A DNA stretch of 63,563 nucleotides, the filler included, from Candidatus Fermentibacterota bacterium (GTDB taxonomy: Bacteria > JAFGKV01), in NCBI GenBank assembly GCA_016928395.1. It is 5 parts of 5 records of this genome, joined end to end, with 100 filler letters (N's around TTAATTAATTAA, not from the genome) between each part and the next. Parts side by side here need not be neighbours in the genome. Positions count along the whole stretch, not along the records: positions 8,683 to 40,278 come from JAFGKV010000131.1; positions 40,379 to 49,492 come from JAFGKV010000132.1; 3 more parts are not named here. One strand, 5' to 3'. The translations under genes and the position numbers were made by a program. Under the pieces are notes generated by a model that worked only from the letters and a program-made list of their open reading frames with translations, did not search any database and had not been told where the DNA came from. Shown one piece after another: positions 33,111 through 43,121 of this stretch (within the stretch, counting starts at the first letter, position 1; each line of letters opens with the position of its first letter).

Positions 33111-35840
33111 TTAGAACACGATCTCTACGGTGAAGAATGCATTAAATAACGGCGACTGGGCCACGTACATGTAGTTGTCGCCGTTGAGGTCGTCGTTTCT
33201 GCCATAGTCAGCGGCCCACTGGGCCTTGGCAAAGTTCTGACGGTTCGCCAGATTGTTCAGGTCGAGGCGCAGGTTCACATTCCTGTCTGCCAGCTTCAAG
33301 CCGTAGGATAGGTCGGCGTTGAGCTCCAGGAAGCTCGGAAGCTTGGCTTCCTCCCAGGTCCCGTCCGCCAACTGGTAGTTGTTCGTGTAGCTGGCATAGT
33401 AGTCATCAAACCAGCGGGTGCTGAGACCGACCCGTAGCGCGCCCAGCGTATACCCGACGGCAGCGCTGGCCATCTTCTCCGGAGAAAACGGCACGACCTT
33501 GTCCGCCACGCTGTCGGCCGGCGCGCCAAAGATCTGCTGTACGTCGATCTTCTGCCAGCGATTCTGCGCCAGAGTAAGCGAGCCCGAAAAATCAACCGGC
33601 CCCATCCCCGCGGTCGCGGCCAGCTCCAAACCCGAATGCTTGGCCTTGCCGGCATTGATGGTGACACGGCTTCCGTCCCGGTCGTAGATGCTCTCGATCT
33701 TGTCCTCGAAATTGAGGATGTAGTAGTTGGCATCCAACTTGAGGGCGCCAGTACGGTAGCCCGCGCCGAACTCGATGTTCGCGCTCTTCTCGGGATCCAG
33801 TTCCTGCTCGGTATTGGGGCCGGTACCGCGGTTATACCAGTCGCCGGTCTTCGGCTCCTTGTAGGCGATGGAGTAGTTGGCCAGGACGTTGAGCTGCTCG
33901 TTCACATTGTAGTTCAGACCGAACTTCGGGCTGAAGAAACTGTAGGTTCGCTCATAGTCGGAATCCGTGAACTTCGGCGTGCCATCGGCGTTCTTGAGAT
34001 CCATGCTCACACGATAGTAGGCATCGATGAAACGTCGGGCCTCAAAGTCCCAGATCCGTACCGGGTTCTCCTCGACCTTCGAACTATAGCTGGCATACTG
34101 ACCGTCTACCACGGCATTCAGCCTCTCCATGGGCTGAAGCTGGAGCCGGGCAAAGCCTGACATATTCATCACCGTGGACGAGTAGTCGTACCGGCGCTCC
34201 ACTTCCGGGTCTTCCAGAAGGTTCCCAGCCGCGTCCGTGTGACGGAACTTGTAGGACTTGGCATAGTGATCCGCCTTCCACAACCGCGCTTCGCCGCCGA
34301 TGAACGCAGTACCCAGCGTCGAGATGGGAGTGCGAAACACCGTGTTGAGGCCGAACTGGTTGTGGTCGTTGACGCTGTCGTTGTGCCAGCTATGGGCATA
34401 GTCGCCGGGGATCAAGGATCGCGCGCTCGTGACCTTGACACCGTTGAAGGTCGTGTCAGCCGGGTTGAAGCCGGTGAGCGTTACCGCGCCACCGGTAATG
34501 CCATAGATGTACCAGGCATTGCGGCCGAAGTATTTGGTGTCATTGCTCTCGGAAAGGTCCTGGAACGTAACCTCGCCCGTCTCGACGTTGAACCGGTCGT
34601 TGCGCAGGTACTTGCCGCCGCCGCGTCCGAACGTGACGAAATAGTTCGTGGACAGATTGGAGGCATCTGACATGATCCAGTCATGCCGCAGGGAGAACTG
34701 GGGCTTGAAGTAGTAGTTCTCCTGATAGGGATGGTTGTAGCGATTGTACTCCCAGCCCAGCGTGTCGAGAAGCTCCATGTCCTGATTCGCATAGGCCTGG
34801 TTATGGCTCTGCGGGGCGCCGATGAAGCTGAAGGTCATGATGTGCTTGCTGAGGATCGCCTTGGCGTCGAACCCGAACGACCATCCATCGTAGTTCGTGG
34901 CGTTGACGTACGAATCGCCGCCTTTGCGCTCGGCCGAAGCACTGAAGATGAGTTTGTTGTCCATGACAAGGCCCGAGTTGTACCGCAGCGATGCCATGTA
35001 GTTGATCGGAGAATAGTCTTCAAACCCGCCCTCGCCATCGGCGATCTGGCCGGCGTTGGCGCCCTCTTCGGCGCCATTGGTCGTCAGCATTCCCAGCGAC
35101 GAGCGGAAACTGAGCCCTTTGCGGGAAGAGACGCCCATGGTCTCGACGTTCAGCGAGCCGCCGAATGCGCCCGAACCATAGAGCGAGGAGCCCGCGCCAC
35201 GCTGCACCTGGATAGAGGTGGCGTTGCTGGCCAGGCCGGTCCAGTTCGACCAGTAGACGACCTGGCTCTCCGGATCATTGACGGGAATGCCGTTGATCAA
35301 GATCTGGACGCGCTCAGAGTCGAAGCCTCTGATGTAGAGGTCAGACTCACCCAGACCGCTGCTGGAGGTGAAGACACCCGGCACCGTCGTGAGGAGGGCA
35401 GGCACATCCTGGGTGGTATAGGCCTTATCCATCTGTTCTTTGGTCACGTCGGTGAAGGCGATAGGAGTTTCTCGTTCCACGGCGCGGCTGGCCGTGACGA
35501 CAACGGATCCTCCTTCGAGGATGGTCGAGACGAGACCGAAGTCGGCCAGGACCTTGCCCCCCGGGATGACCATGACCTGTTGTGACAAGTTCTCGTAGCC
35601 GATGTAGTATGCTTCAAGGTCATAGGTCCCCACGGGGACATTCTGGATCGTAAACCGACCGGTCACATCGGATGCCGTACCGAACGGGGTTCCCTTGACG
35701 ACGATATTGGCTCCTTCAAGAGCCGTCCCAGATCTGGCGTCTGTCACCCGGCCTTCGATGGTGCCACGGCCTTGGGCAAAGGCGGTGGCGGGAACGATCA
35801 GAAGGATTGAGAGCAAAATCAATGCAGTCCAGCGGGTCAC
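33111..35840 (-). CDS. TonB-dependent receptor with N-terminal carboxypeptidase-regulatory-like domain
   Basis: Signal peptide, GTIEGRVTD, plug YIRGF..INGIPVND..IQVQRG..SLYG, LNNLAN, terminal F; AAGGAGG RBS before GTG 35840. Confidence 0.95.
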   Translation of the reverse strand: MTRWTALILLSILLIVPATAFAQGRGTIEGRVTDARSGTALEGANIVVKGTPFGTASDVTGRFTIQNVPVGTYDLEAYYIGYENLSQQVMVIPGGKVLADFGLVSTILEGGSVVVTASRAVERETPIAFTDVTKEQMDKAYTTQDVPALLTTVPGVFTSSSGLGESDLYIRGFDSERVQILINGIPVNDPESQVVYWSNWTGLASNATSIQVQRGAGSSLYGSGAFGGSLNVETMGVSSRKGLSFRSSLGMLTTNGAEEGANAGQIADGEGGFEDYSPINYMASLRYNSGLVMDNKLIFSASAERKGGDSYVNATNYDGWSFGFDAKAILSKHIMTFSFIGAPQSHNQAYANQDMELLDTLGWEYNRYNHPYQENYYFKPQFSLRHDWIMSDASNLSTNYFVTFGRGGGKYLRNDRFNVETGEVTFQDLSESNDTKYFGRNAWYIYGITGGAVTLTGFNPADTTFNGVKVTSARSLIPGDYAHSWHNDSVNDHNQFGLNTVFRTPISTLGTAFIGGEARLWKADHYAKSYKFRHTDAAGNLLEDPEVERRYDYSSTVMNMSGFARLQLQPMERLNAVVDGQYASYSSKVEENPVRIWDFEARRFIDAYYRVSMDLKNADGTPKFTDSDYERTYSFFSPKFGLNYNVNEQLNVLANYSIAYKEPKTGDWYNRGTGPNTEQELDPEKSANIEFGAGYRTGALKLDANYYILNFEDKIESIYDRDGSRVTINAGKAKHSGLELAATAGMGPVDFSGSLTLAQNRWQKIDVQQIFGAPADSVADKVVPFSPEKMASAAVGYTLGALRVGLSTRWFDDYYASYTNNYQLADGTWEEAKLPSFLELNADLSYGLKLADRNVNLRLDLNNLANRQNFAKAQWAADYGRNDDLNGDNYMYVAQSPLFNAFFTVEIVF

Positions 35841-36168
35841 CTGGGCAACCTCCTTGCTCGGGATCATGGTCTCGGTGCATCCACAGCGACACGCCGGATG
35901 CGCCGCATGAGATCTGCCGCCGGTCGAGGCGGCGGGGCGCCACCACGGTGGCATACCACCACGGTTCGCGGTAGGGGACCGGGTGAATCACCTCCTTGCA
36001 GAAAGGGCCATCAGACAGCTCCGTTGTCACGGAATGACGAAGAGAATGACGGCAAGGTACACCGTGATGCCGGATCAGGCAACCCGTTGGCATCTCCTGC
36101 CAGACGGCCTTGTTCCACAATGCGTTCGGTGGTCACGCCGACGCGAAGAAATCGTCACAGAGAGCCGA

Positions 36169-37641
36169 TCAGCGCGCCTCGCCCTGGGGCCTGTCTGCCC
36201 GGCCGCCCGTGGCGGTCGCTCCTATGATGCCCGCAAGGGCAGCCAACACGAACGACACGAAGCGCACGGAGAGGGCCGCGTCCAGACCCGGCGTCCACTT
36301 CCAGATCGCCGTGGAGACCGCGCCGGTCACCATGGCCGCCACGATGCCGGCGCCATTCATCCTTCGCCAGTAGAGCGTCAGCAGTATGGCGGGGCCGAAC
36401 GACGCACCCAGGCCGCTCCATGCCAGCGAGACAACGTCGTAGATGAGATCCCCGCTGGAGACGGCCAAGAAATAGGCGACCAGACCGACCGCGATGGTGA
36501 CAAGCCTGCTCATGGTGACTAGTCTGCGCTGCGACACCTCGCGCCGCAAAGCCCGAGAGTAGAAGTCTTCCACCACCGTCGAAGTCGTCACCAAGAGCTG
36601 GCTGTCCGCGGTGGACATCATCGCCGCCACCGCCCCCGAAATAAGGATGCCCGCAAACCACGCCGGAAAGAGGAAACTGGCCATCACGGGCAGGATGCGC
36701 TCCGGATCCGCTTCCAACGAGACGATCGTCTCGCCGGAGAACTGCCCGTGATAGACCAGCGCGATGCCGACCAGGCCCACGAGGCAGGCGCCGGTGTAGG
36801 CGATAACGGTCCACGTGATGGCAACGGCACGGCTGGTGCGCACGGCCTCAGGTTTGTTGATGGCCATGAACTTCGTCACCAGATGGGGCTGGCCGCAATA
36901 GCCGAATCCCCAGGAGAGCCCGCCGATCACCGCGGCCAGGGCCGGCCACCCCGTCTTGCCGCCTAACAGCGAGGCCTTGTCGGCCGCGGCATGCAATGCG
37001 GTGAATGCATCAAGGCCATGGGAGCTCAGGTAGAACAGGCCCAGAATTGGCATGATGAACAAGGTGATGAGCATGACAATCCCTTGGATCACATCGGTGT
37101 AGCAGACAGCGCAGAACCCACCCATCATGGTGTAAAGAACGACCACCACAGCGGCCAGAGGCATGCCCACGGATTGATCGAGCCCGAATGTCACGTGAAG
37201 TGTCTTGCCCGCGCCCAAGAACTGTGCGGCCACGTAGAAGGAAAAGAAGAAGGTGATGATGATCATGCTGATCACACGGACTGCCTGCCCCTGACGACCG
37301 CTCACCTTGAAAAAATACTGGGGGAGGGTGATGGCCCCATACTCTTCCGTCACCTGCCGCAGCCGTCTGGCCACCAGCATCCACGATGCGATGATGCCTG
37401 CCACGCAACCGATCACGGTCCAAATCTCCAGCATGCCGATGGAAAAGAGGGCGCCGGAGAGCCCGAGAATCAGCCAGGCCGACTCGGCGGCGGTACGTTC
37501 CGAAAACGCGATGACCCACGCACCAAGCCTGCGGCTGCCGATGATGAAATCCTCCTTGGTGCGGTTCAGCCTCCACGTCCACGTTCCGATGCCGGCGATG
37601 ATGATGAGATAGCCTATCAGGCCAACAAGGGGGGAGTTCAT
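36169..37641 (-). CDS. putP: Sodium/proline symporter (SSF family)
   Basis: FIIGSRRLGAWV, ESAWLILGLSG, YTMMGGF..TDVIQG, GYCGQPH, AAMMSTADSQLL, AWSGLGASFGP. Confidence 0.88.
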   Translation of the reverse strand: MNSPLVGLIGYLIIIAGIGTWTWRLNRTKEDFIIGSRRLGAWVIAFSERTAAESAWLILGLSGALFSIGMLEIWTVIGCVAGIIASWMLVARRLRQVTEEYGAITLPQYFFKVSGRQGQAVRVISMIIITFFFSFYVAAQFLGAGKTLHVTFGLDQSVGMPLAAVVVVLYTMMGGFCAVCYTDVIQGIVMLITLFIMPILGLFYLSSHGLDAFTALHAAADKASLLGGKTGWPALAAVIGGLSWGFGYCGQPHLVTKFMAINKPEAVRTSRAVAITWTVIAYTGACLVGLVGIALVYHGQFSGETIVSLEADPERILPVMASFLFPAWFAGILISGAVAAMMSTADSQLLVTTSTVVEDFYSRALRREVSQRRLVTMSRLVTIAVGLVAYFLAVSSGDLIYDVVSLAWSGLGASFGPAILLTLYWRRMNGAGIVAAMVTGAVSTAIWKWTPGLDAALSVRFVSFVLAALAGIIGATATGGRADRPQGEAR

Positions 37642-37947
37642 CGGCACACTCCTTTCCGGGCGGGTAACGAGAAAGCGGCGGCACCCACGGGGCAAAAACC
37701 ACACGTCGCGCTCCCGGTGCCTGCCGTCAGAGCTCCGATCAGTATACACGATATGAGCCCCGGTTCAACCGTGCGGAGGAGCAGCCCGCGGTTCCATTGC
37801 GGAGTGCGGAATGCTCAATCGGCACATTGTCCTTGACCTACGAGGTGATCAAAGGCAAGTTGTTCTTGTCAATAATGAGCGTGCGTACCTTGTACCCAGG
37901 ATTGAGGCAATCATCCAGATTATACTGTGGCCAGAAGGGATCTGCCC

Positions 37948-38721
37948 ATGACACAACGTCACTGTGCCACTATTCTTGCCGCCTTGATTCTCTTCCTCCC
38001 CCTGTCGGGGGCTTCAGAACAGGCGGAGGACACCGGTGGTGAGGAGAGAGCCGAAAGCATCCACGACGTGGTGCGCCGTGGGGCCCTGGCAGAGGTTCAG
38101 GCCATGGTTGATGCCGGAGAGGATGTCAATGCCCGTGAGCCCGGTGGCCACACACCGCTTCACTGGGCCGCGTTCAACGGATCGATGGAGATAGCCAACC
38201 TCCTTATTGCCAGCGGTGCAGAAATCGATGCCGCCATTGACCTGGGGTGGACTCCGCTCACCATGGCTGCTATGCAAGGCCAGCGCGACATGGTGAACGT
38301 GCTTCTGGACAATGGGGCAAACATCGAGTCTCGATGCACTCGCCGGTCAACCGTACTCCATTCCGCCGCGCAGAACGGACACAGTGATATCATCAGGATC
38401 CTGGTGGACCGTGGTGCACAACTGGAGACCAGGAACGATCGAGGCCTGACCCCGCTCCAGGAGGCAGCGATGAAGGGACACCGGGACGCGGTGAAGATTC
38501 TCGCGACTATGGGAGCCGATGTTACCTCGCGGCTCCTCCAAGGAGGAACCGCGTTGCATCTGGCGGCAGCCGAAGGCTATCTAGACGTCGTAAGAGTCCT
38601 GGTGGAAAAGGGCGCAGACATCGCCGCGATCGATAACGCCGGGCGAACCGCCGCGGATCTTGCCCGTGCGGAGGATCATAAAAAGATAGTCTCCTACCTC
38701 GAATCCAAGGCGAAAGAGTAG
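37948..38721 (+). CDS. Secreted ankyrin-repeat protein
   Basis: Signal peptide followed by about six ANK repeats (GHTPLHWAA, GWTPLTMAA, GLTPLQEAA, GGTALHLAA). Confidence 0.93.
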   Translation: MTQRHCATILAALILFLPLSGASEQAEDTGGEERAESIHDVVRRGALAEVQAMVDAGEDVNAREPGGHTPLHWAAFNGSMEIANLLIASGAEIDAAIDLGWTPLTMAAMQGQRDMVNVLLDNGANIESRCTRRSTVLHSAAQNGHSDIIRILVDRGAQLETRNDRGLTPLQEAAMKGHRDAVKILATMGADVTSRLLQGGTALHLAAAEGYLDVVRVLVEKGADIAAIDNAGRTAADLARAEDHKKIVSYLESKAKE

Positions 38722-38744
38722 TACAAGTACTCCCCCCAGGGTGA

Positions 38745-39139
38745 AGGGTTCAGGGGTCGGCTCGCGTTGCGAGCAGGGTTCAGGTTCCAGGGTTCAGTCG
38801 GGCCTCTGAGGGCGCGGCCGCCCTCAGATTGGTCGAGGTTGAGAGGACGGCGAGTTGCGGGTGCACGGTGCCGCGGCTTCTCTGGAGCGGCTTCAGCCGC
38901 GACACGCCACCCCTGTCGGGCCTGAAGGCCCTCCTACTCTGTCCATGCTCGTCCCTGGTCGCCCGCCGGATCGAGGTCGGTATCGGTATCGGTATCGCTA
39001 TCGTTGTCGTAGTCGGCGGGCTGGGGCAGTCGAGCAGAGCACAGCACGAGCACGAACTTTGCATGTTCTCTCAAACAAGTCGGGCCTCTGAGGGCGCGGC
39101 CGCACTCAGATTGGTCGAGGTTGAGAGGACGGCGAGTTG
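38745..39139 (-). repeat. Modular intergenic repeat, copy 3, with a duplicated ~60-bp terminal module
   Basis: GTCGGGCCTCTGAGGGCGCGGCCGC.CTCAGATTGGTCGAGGTTGAGAGGACGGCGAGTTG near 38797 and 39079; REP pair 38883-38937; 23-bp block 39057-39079 identical to the reverse complement of 57059-57081. Confidence 0.85.
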
Positions 39140-39362
39140 TAGCTCAGCTCTCAGTTCCACTCCTCATTCCGAATCTCGCACTCAGAAAGCCGCTGCCCTC
39201 TCCCCTCACTCCTATCTCCTTACTCAGTCGACCCCTTTCACCTCTCTGCGAGCGTTGCGTCTCTGCGCCAGATCCGTGTCTCGGATTTCGAGATTCGTGC
39301 CTGGGATTTCCCGCGGGGCGGGCTGACTGCCGAATGCCTACTGACCCCACCCTGCGCGTTCA

Positions 39363-39413
39363 AATTGGACTGTTCGATTAATCATGGAATTGGTCGTTGA
39401 CGGCAGACCGATT
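39363..39413 (+). promoter_or_regulatory. Putative MocR-family operator (two direct motifs plus one inverted)
   Basis: AATTGGAC (39363), AATTGGTC (39388), inverted GACCGATT (39406), directly upstream of the MocR gene; this arrangement is known for GabR/PdxR-type regulators. Confidence 0.55.
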
Positions 39414-39477
39414 TGGTGCATCTTTCTCGTGTGAGGCGCGTTGGCCCACATGAGGCCCACCCCAATGAGGTTCTTCC

Positions 39478-40278
39478 ATGGTCATTCTGAAGCTCGAAAG
39501 AAACGGCTCAATACCCCTTCACCGGCAGATCACCGACGGACTCCGCCGTCTCATAGACGAGGGCAGCCTCCCGATCGGCTCGAGACTGCCCCCGACCCGG
39601 GGCTTTGCAGAGAACCTCGGTGTGAACCGCGCCACGGTGTACCGCGCCTACGAGGAACTCTGGTCTCTGGGCTATCTGGAAGGGAGGCCCGGTTCATATA
39701 CGCGGGTGCGCGGCCGGGCGCCTCTGAGCCGATCCGAAATGACACCCGACTCCGGATCTATCCGGTGGGAATCCCGCGTGTCGCACGAGGGTTCCGAAGC
39801 CCTTAGGACCTTCCTGAAGTTCAGCCCCGAAGGACGTTCGGTGACTCCCGATACGGTGGATTTCAGCCATCTTGACATGGATGAATCACTCATCCCCGTC
39901 GATGCATTCCGCCGATGCCTCAACACGGTGCTGCGCCGCGACGGCGCTAGACTCCTGCGCTACGGAGCGCGGGCTGGGCACGAGCTTCTCCGGGAACAGA
40001 TCGCCCGCCGCCTGCGAGTCCACGGGATTCATGTCTGTGCCGACGAAATCTTCATCGCCAATGGCTCTCAGCATGCCCTCGACCTGCTGATCCGGACTCT
40101 GGCTGATCCCTCCCGAGGCGTAGTGGTGGAGGCTCCCACCTATGCCATGATGCTACCGCTGCTTCGGCTTCACGGCGTGCCGGCCATACCCGTTCCCATG
40201 AGGGAGGATGGCATGGATCTTGACCTGCTGGAAGGCGCTCTGTCGAGGCCGGTGGCATTCGTCTACACCATGCCTAAC
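39478..40278 (+). CDS. GntR/MocR-family regulator (wHTH + PLP aminotransferase-like domain), 3' truncated
   Basis: PLHRQI..GSRLPPTR..LGVNRATVYRAYEEL..GSYT; NGSQHALDL, VEAPTY, YTMPN. Confidence 0.92.
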
Positions 40279-40378
40279 NNNNNNNNNNNNNNNNNNNNNN
40301 NNNNNNNNNNNNNNNNNNNNNNTTAATTAATTAANNNNNNNNNNNNNNNNNNNNNNNNNNNNNNNNNNNNNNNNNNNN
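40279..40378. other. Artificial contig linker
   Basis: N/TTAATTAATTAA/N, 100 nt. Confidence 0.99.
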
Positions 40379-40600
40379 GCAGTAGGCTGTCAGCTAACGG
40401 GGCCATCTCCTCACTCCTCACCCCCATGTCAGAGCGAAGCGAAGCCGCATTCTCTCGCCACGGTGTGCCTTCGACCTGCGGTGGGGAACGTCTCACGCAA
40501 AGCCGCGAAGCACGCCAAGGGAGCGGCATGATTCACCATGAAGGGCACGAAGAGTGACGGAAGAATGGGCTGGGGAGCCTCATTCTTCCGTCACAGGGTG
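40379..40600 (+). repeat. Repeat mosaic (GAGCGAAGCGAAGC core, GTGACG..CAC hairpin)
   Basis: Shares GTCAGCTAACGGG.CCATCTCCTCACTCCT..CACCCCCATGTCAGAGCGAAGCGAAGCC with ~58137-58210, and the hairpin with 47335 and 49599. Confidence 0.8.
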
Positions 40601-40634
40601 CCCTTCCCGGCCTATGAGCCGGGCCTGCCTTGGA

Positions 40635-42677
40635 CTATCGCAGCACCATCACAGGTCGCACGCTTCGATCAGATCCGGAGACCAGTCGGCAGAAGTAAAC
40701 TCCGGAGGGGATCGATGAGGCGTCCCAGGATACGGTGTGATACCCGGCGGGAAGCGTCTTGTCGACCAAGGTCGTGATCTCCCTGCCTAGCGCATCCATC
40801 ACCACCAGGCGTACATGTCCCATGGTCGGAATACCATAGGAGAACATCGTCTCGGTGCCAAAGGGATTCGGGCTGTTTGGCAGCAGCACGCATGCCACCG
40901 GCAACGCCACATCCGGGTGACCATACGAGATCTCGGGCGTGTCGGTCGGGATGAGGCCGACATCGAGAATGTCGCCCTCGTTGATGGCCTCCGCGACATC
41001 CTTGGCCAGCTCATCGTTGGCCGTCTCGTCATCGGTGATGAGCTGCCAGCAGTACGTGATGGCCTGCGAAGCCGTGGCGCCGTCGTAGCTCACTGATGCG
41101 AACTGCGGCAGCTGCAGCGAGGTCACATTCAGCAGCAATGCCATCATCTGTCGCTTGGCCTTCTGCACCATCGGCACATTGCCGTCTGTATTGAGCAGAT
41201 CATATGCTGCCTGCAGGCTGTCCACGTGGTCCGCAGGCTGGTTGACCACGTAGACCCCCAACGGGTTCGCAGGGCTGTTGGTGAAGTGCATCGAGATGTC
41301 ACTCAAGTAGCCCGTGAAGTCAGCCTCGTCGATCTGCGCGGCGCCTCGTCCGGTGAGATAGACCTTGAGCTGATGCTTCCAGAAGCCCACCGAACGAGGA
41401 TCATATGCCAGGTCCATCGGGGTGAGGAAGAAGTCACACACAATATCCTCGCCTGCGATGGTCACGCCCTTCGATTCCGCATCGGCGACGTAGCCCAGAG
41501 GAGTGATGATGGAGACGGTGTAGTCGCCCCATGGCAGTTCAGAGAACGAATAGGCCCCAGACGCATCAGACTCTGTCATCCCGAGCTCTACACCTAACGC
41601 ATCGTGAAGCTCAACAGGAACCCCAGCGCGACCACCGGCAGAGCTCTTCACCGAGCCGGCAATCCTGCAGAACTGGGGAAGATCTTGATACCTCAGGATC
41701 TTGAATCCCGTGTTGTCAGCCACGTAGACAAGTTTATCCAAGACACAGAGATTCCTCATGTTCGTCCCGGGATTGTAGCGCGTGAGGTATTCACAATTCT
41801 GTGGATCAGAGATATCCACCACCCAGAGGCCACCGTAGTAATCACTCACATAGGCGATTTCATCCTCGACTTCGACGGAGACCGTTAAGTCCATTCCGGG
41901 TGGATTGAAGGAGCCGACTAACGACGGTGTTGCCGGGGCACTTACATCGAATATCACCAAACCTTCGGTCTTATCAGTCACATATGCGTGTGTGTCAACA
42001 ACCTCGACATCATACGCCACGAAACCTGTCGTGATGGTGGAGATGGTGGAAAGAGCAGAGGGGTTCGTGGCATCGACTATCCGAAGTCCCGCGTACCAGT
42101 CGCCGACGAAGACAAGACCATCTCGAGTGGCCACCCAGTGTGCGTTGTTCGTCGAGAGGCTGCCTACCTGAACGGGGTTTGAGGGGTCAGTCACATCAAT
42201 CGCTCGGAGCCCTCCGAACCCACTTCCGACGAAGGCTATCGTACCATCGACCACCACTCCCCTTGCCTCGTGAGGAGTGGGGATGTGACCCTCGAGCTTC
42301 AGGTCGGCAGGATCGGAGATGTCGAAAATCCACATGCCACCGGTATCATGGTGAAAACCATCAGTGACGAAGGCGAGGGTACCCTCGATGTCGATTTGGC
42401 TGGCCGCGAATGAAGGATCACTCCACCCATCGAGGAATACCGGATTGCTGGGATCTGACACATCATAGGCAAGAAGACCAGCCGCCTTTGCTCCCACGAA
42501 GGCGTAGGGGAATGCAACCTCCACAGCCATGGCGCCATCGGCCAGGAAGGCTTCGCCAAGAAGGACTAGCTCCGGAAGCACATCTCCTGTGGAGACCGAG
42601 GGGACTATGGTCGTGAGGAAGATCAGGACTACCGCAAGCACAGTTAGAAATCGTGGTCTATTCAGTGGCTCTCTCAT
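40635..42677 (-). CDS. Secreted LVIVD-repeat protein with Ig-like domain and FlgD/T9SS-type C-terminal domain
   Basis: Signal peptide; about eight G-L-x-I-x-D-V/I-S-D-P repeats; IAGSV..TESDASGAYSF; PNSPNPF..YGIP..GHVRLVV..GREI..SGVYFCRL; GGAG RBS. Confidence 0.88.
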   Translation of the reverse strand: MREPLNRPRFLTVLAVVLIFLTTIVPSVSTGDVLPELVLLGEAFLADGAMAVEVAFPYAFVGAKAAGLLAYDVSDPSNPVFLDGWSDPSFAASQIDIEGTLAFVTDGFHHDTGGMWIFDISDPADLKLEGHIPTPHEARGVVVDGTIAFVGSGFGGLRAIDVTDPSNPVQVGSLSTNNAHWVATRDGLVFVGDWYAGLRIVDATNPSALSTISTITTGFVAYDVEVVDTHAYVTDKTEGLVIFDVSAPATPSLVGSFNPPGMDLTVSVEVEDEIAYVSDYYGGLWVVDISDPQNCEYLTRYNPGTNMRNLCVLDKLVYVADNTGFKILRYQDLPQFCRIAGSVKSSAGGRAGVPVELHDALGVELGMTESDASGAYSFSELPWGDYTVSIITPLGYVADAESKGVTIAGEDIVCDFFLTPMDLAYDPRSVGFWKHQLKVYLTGRGAAQIDEADFTGYLSDISMHFTNSPANPLGVYVVNQPADHVDSLQAAYDLLNTDGNVPMVQKAKRQMMALLLNVTSLQLPQFASVSYDGATASQAITYCWQLITDDETANDELAKDVAEAINEGDILDVGLIPTDTPEISYGHPDVALPVACVLLPNSPNPFGTETMFSYGIPTMGHVRLVVMDALGREITTLVDKTLPAGYHTVSWDASSIPSGVYFCRLVSGSDRSVRPVMVLR

Positions 42678-43121
42678 TTGTCTTTCTCCATGTTGAGGGT
42701 GTTGCCTAATGGGAATAGCGAGGATCGACGCCCCGCTCCGCGGTGGGGAGCGGTTCCGTGTGGACAGTCGGCGGCACCCGAGGCGCATGTGATTCCTCCC
42801 TTCACTCATTAGGCCACCGTTGATGCACGGGAATTGGTTCGTGCAGTGGACCGTCGCGCGGCAAGGGCCTGCGCAACAGTGAGTCATCGTGTTTGATATC
42901 TCAAACGATCGGCAGGGGTCCATTGCTTATTCGAGATAGAAATGCGGTTGATACTGGGCCGCAGTTCGGGGAGTCCGGACCTGTTCGCAGAGAGGTGTTG
43001 TGTCGGGGCGATTGGCCAGACTCATGGATCTATCCACACTCTGGGCATCCACAGGAGTGGACACGGCGGCAGGCGAACCACCCCACTGAGGACATGTAAG
43101 CGATGGCCTTCGGGGGTTCTA

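Noticed and set aside
35968-35997. 16S rRNA gene
   Set aside because: Only about 30 nt of gapped similarity; flanks are protein-coding genes
36040-36110. TPP riboswitch upstream of the TonB receptor (CCTGATCCGG)
   Set aside because: Lacks the CTGAGA motif and the TAATGC..GCG.AGGGA 3' consensus
42891-42906. FNR box
   Set aside because: TTGA-N4-TCAA is 2 bp shorter than TTGAT-N4-ATCAA
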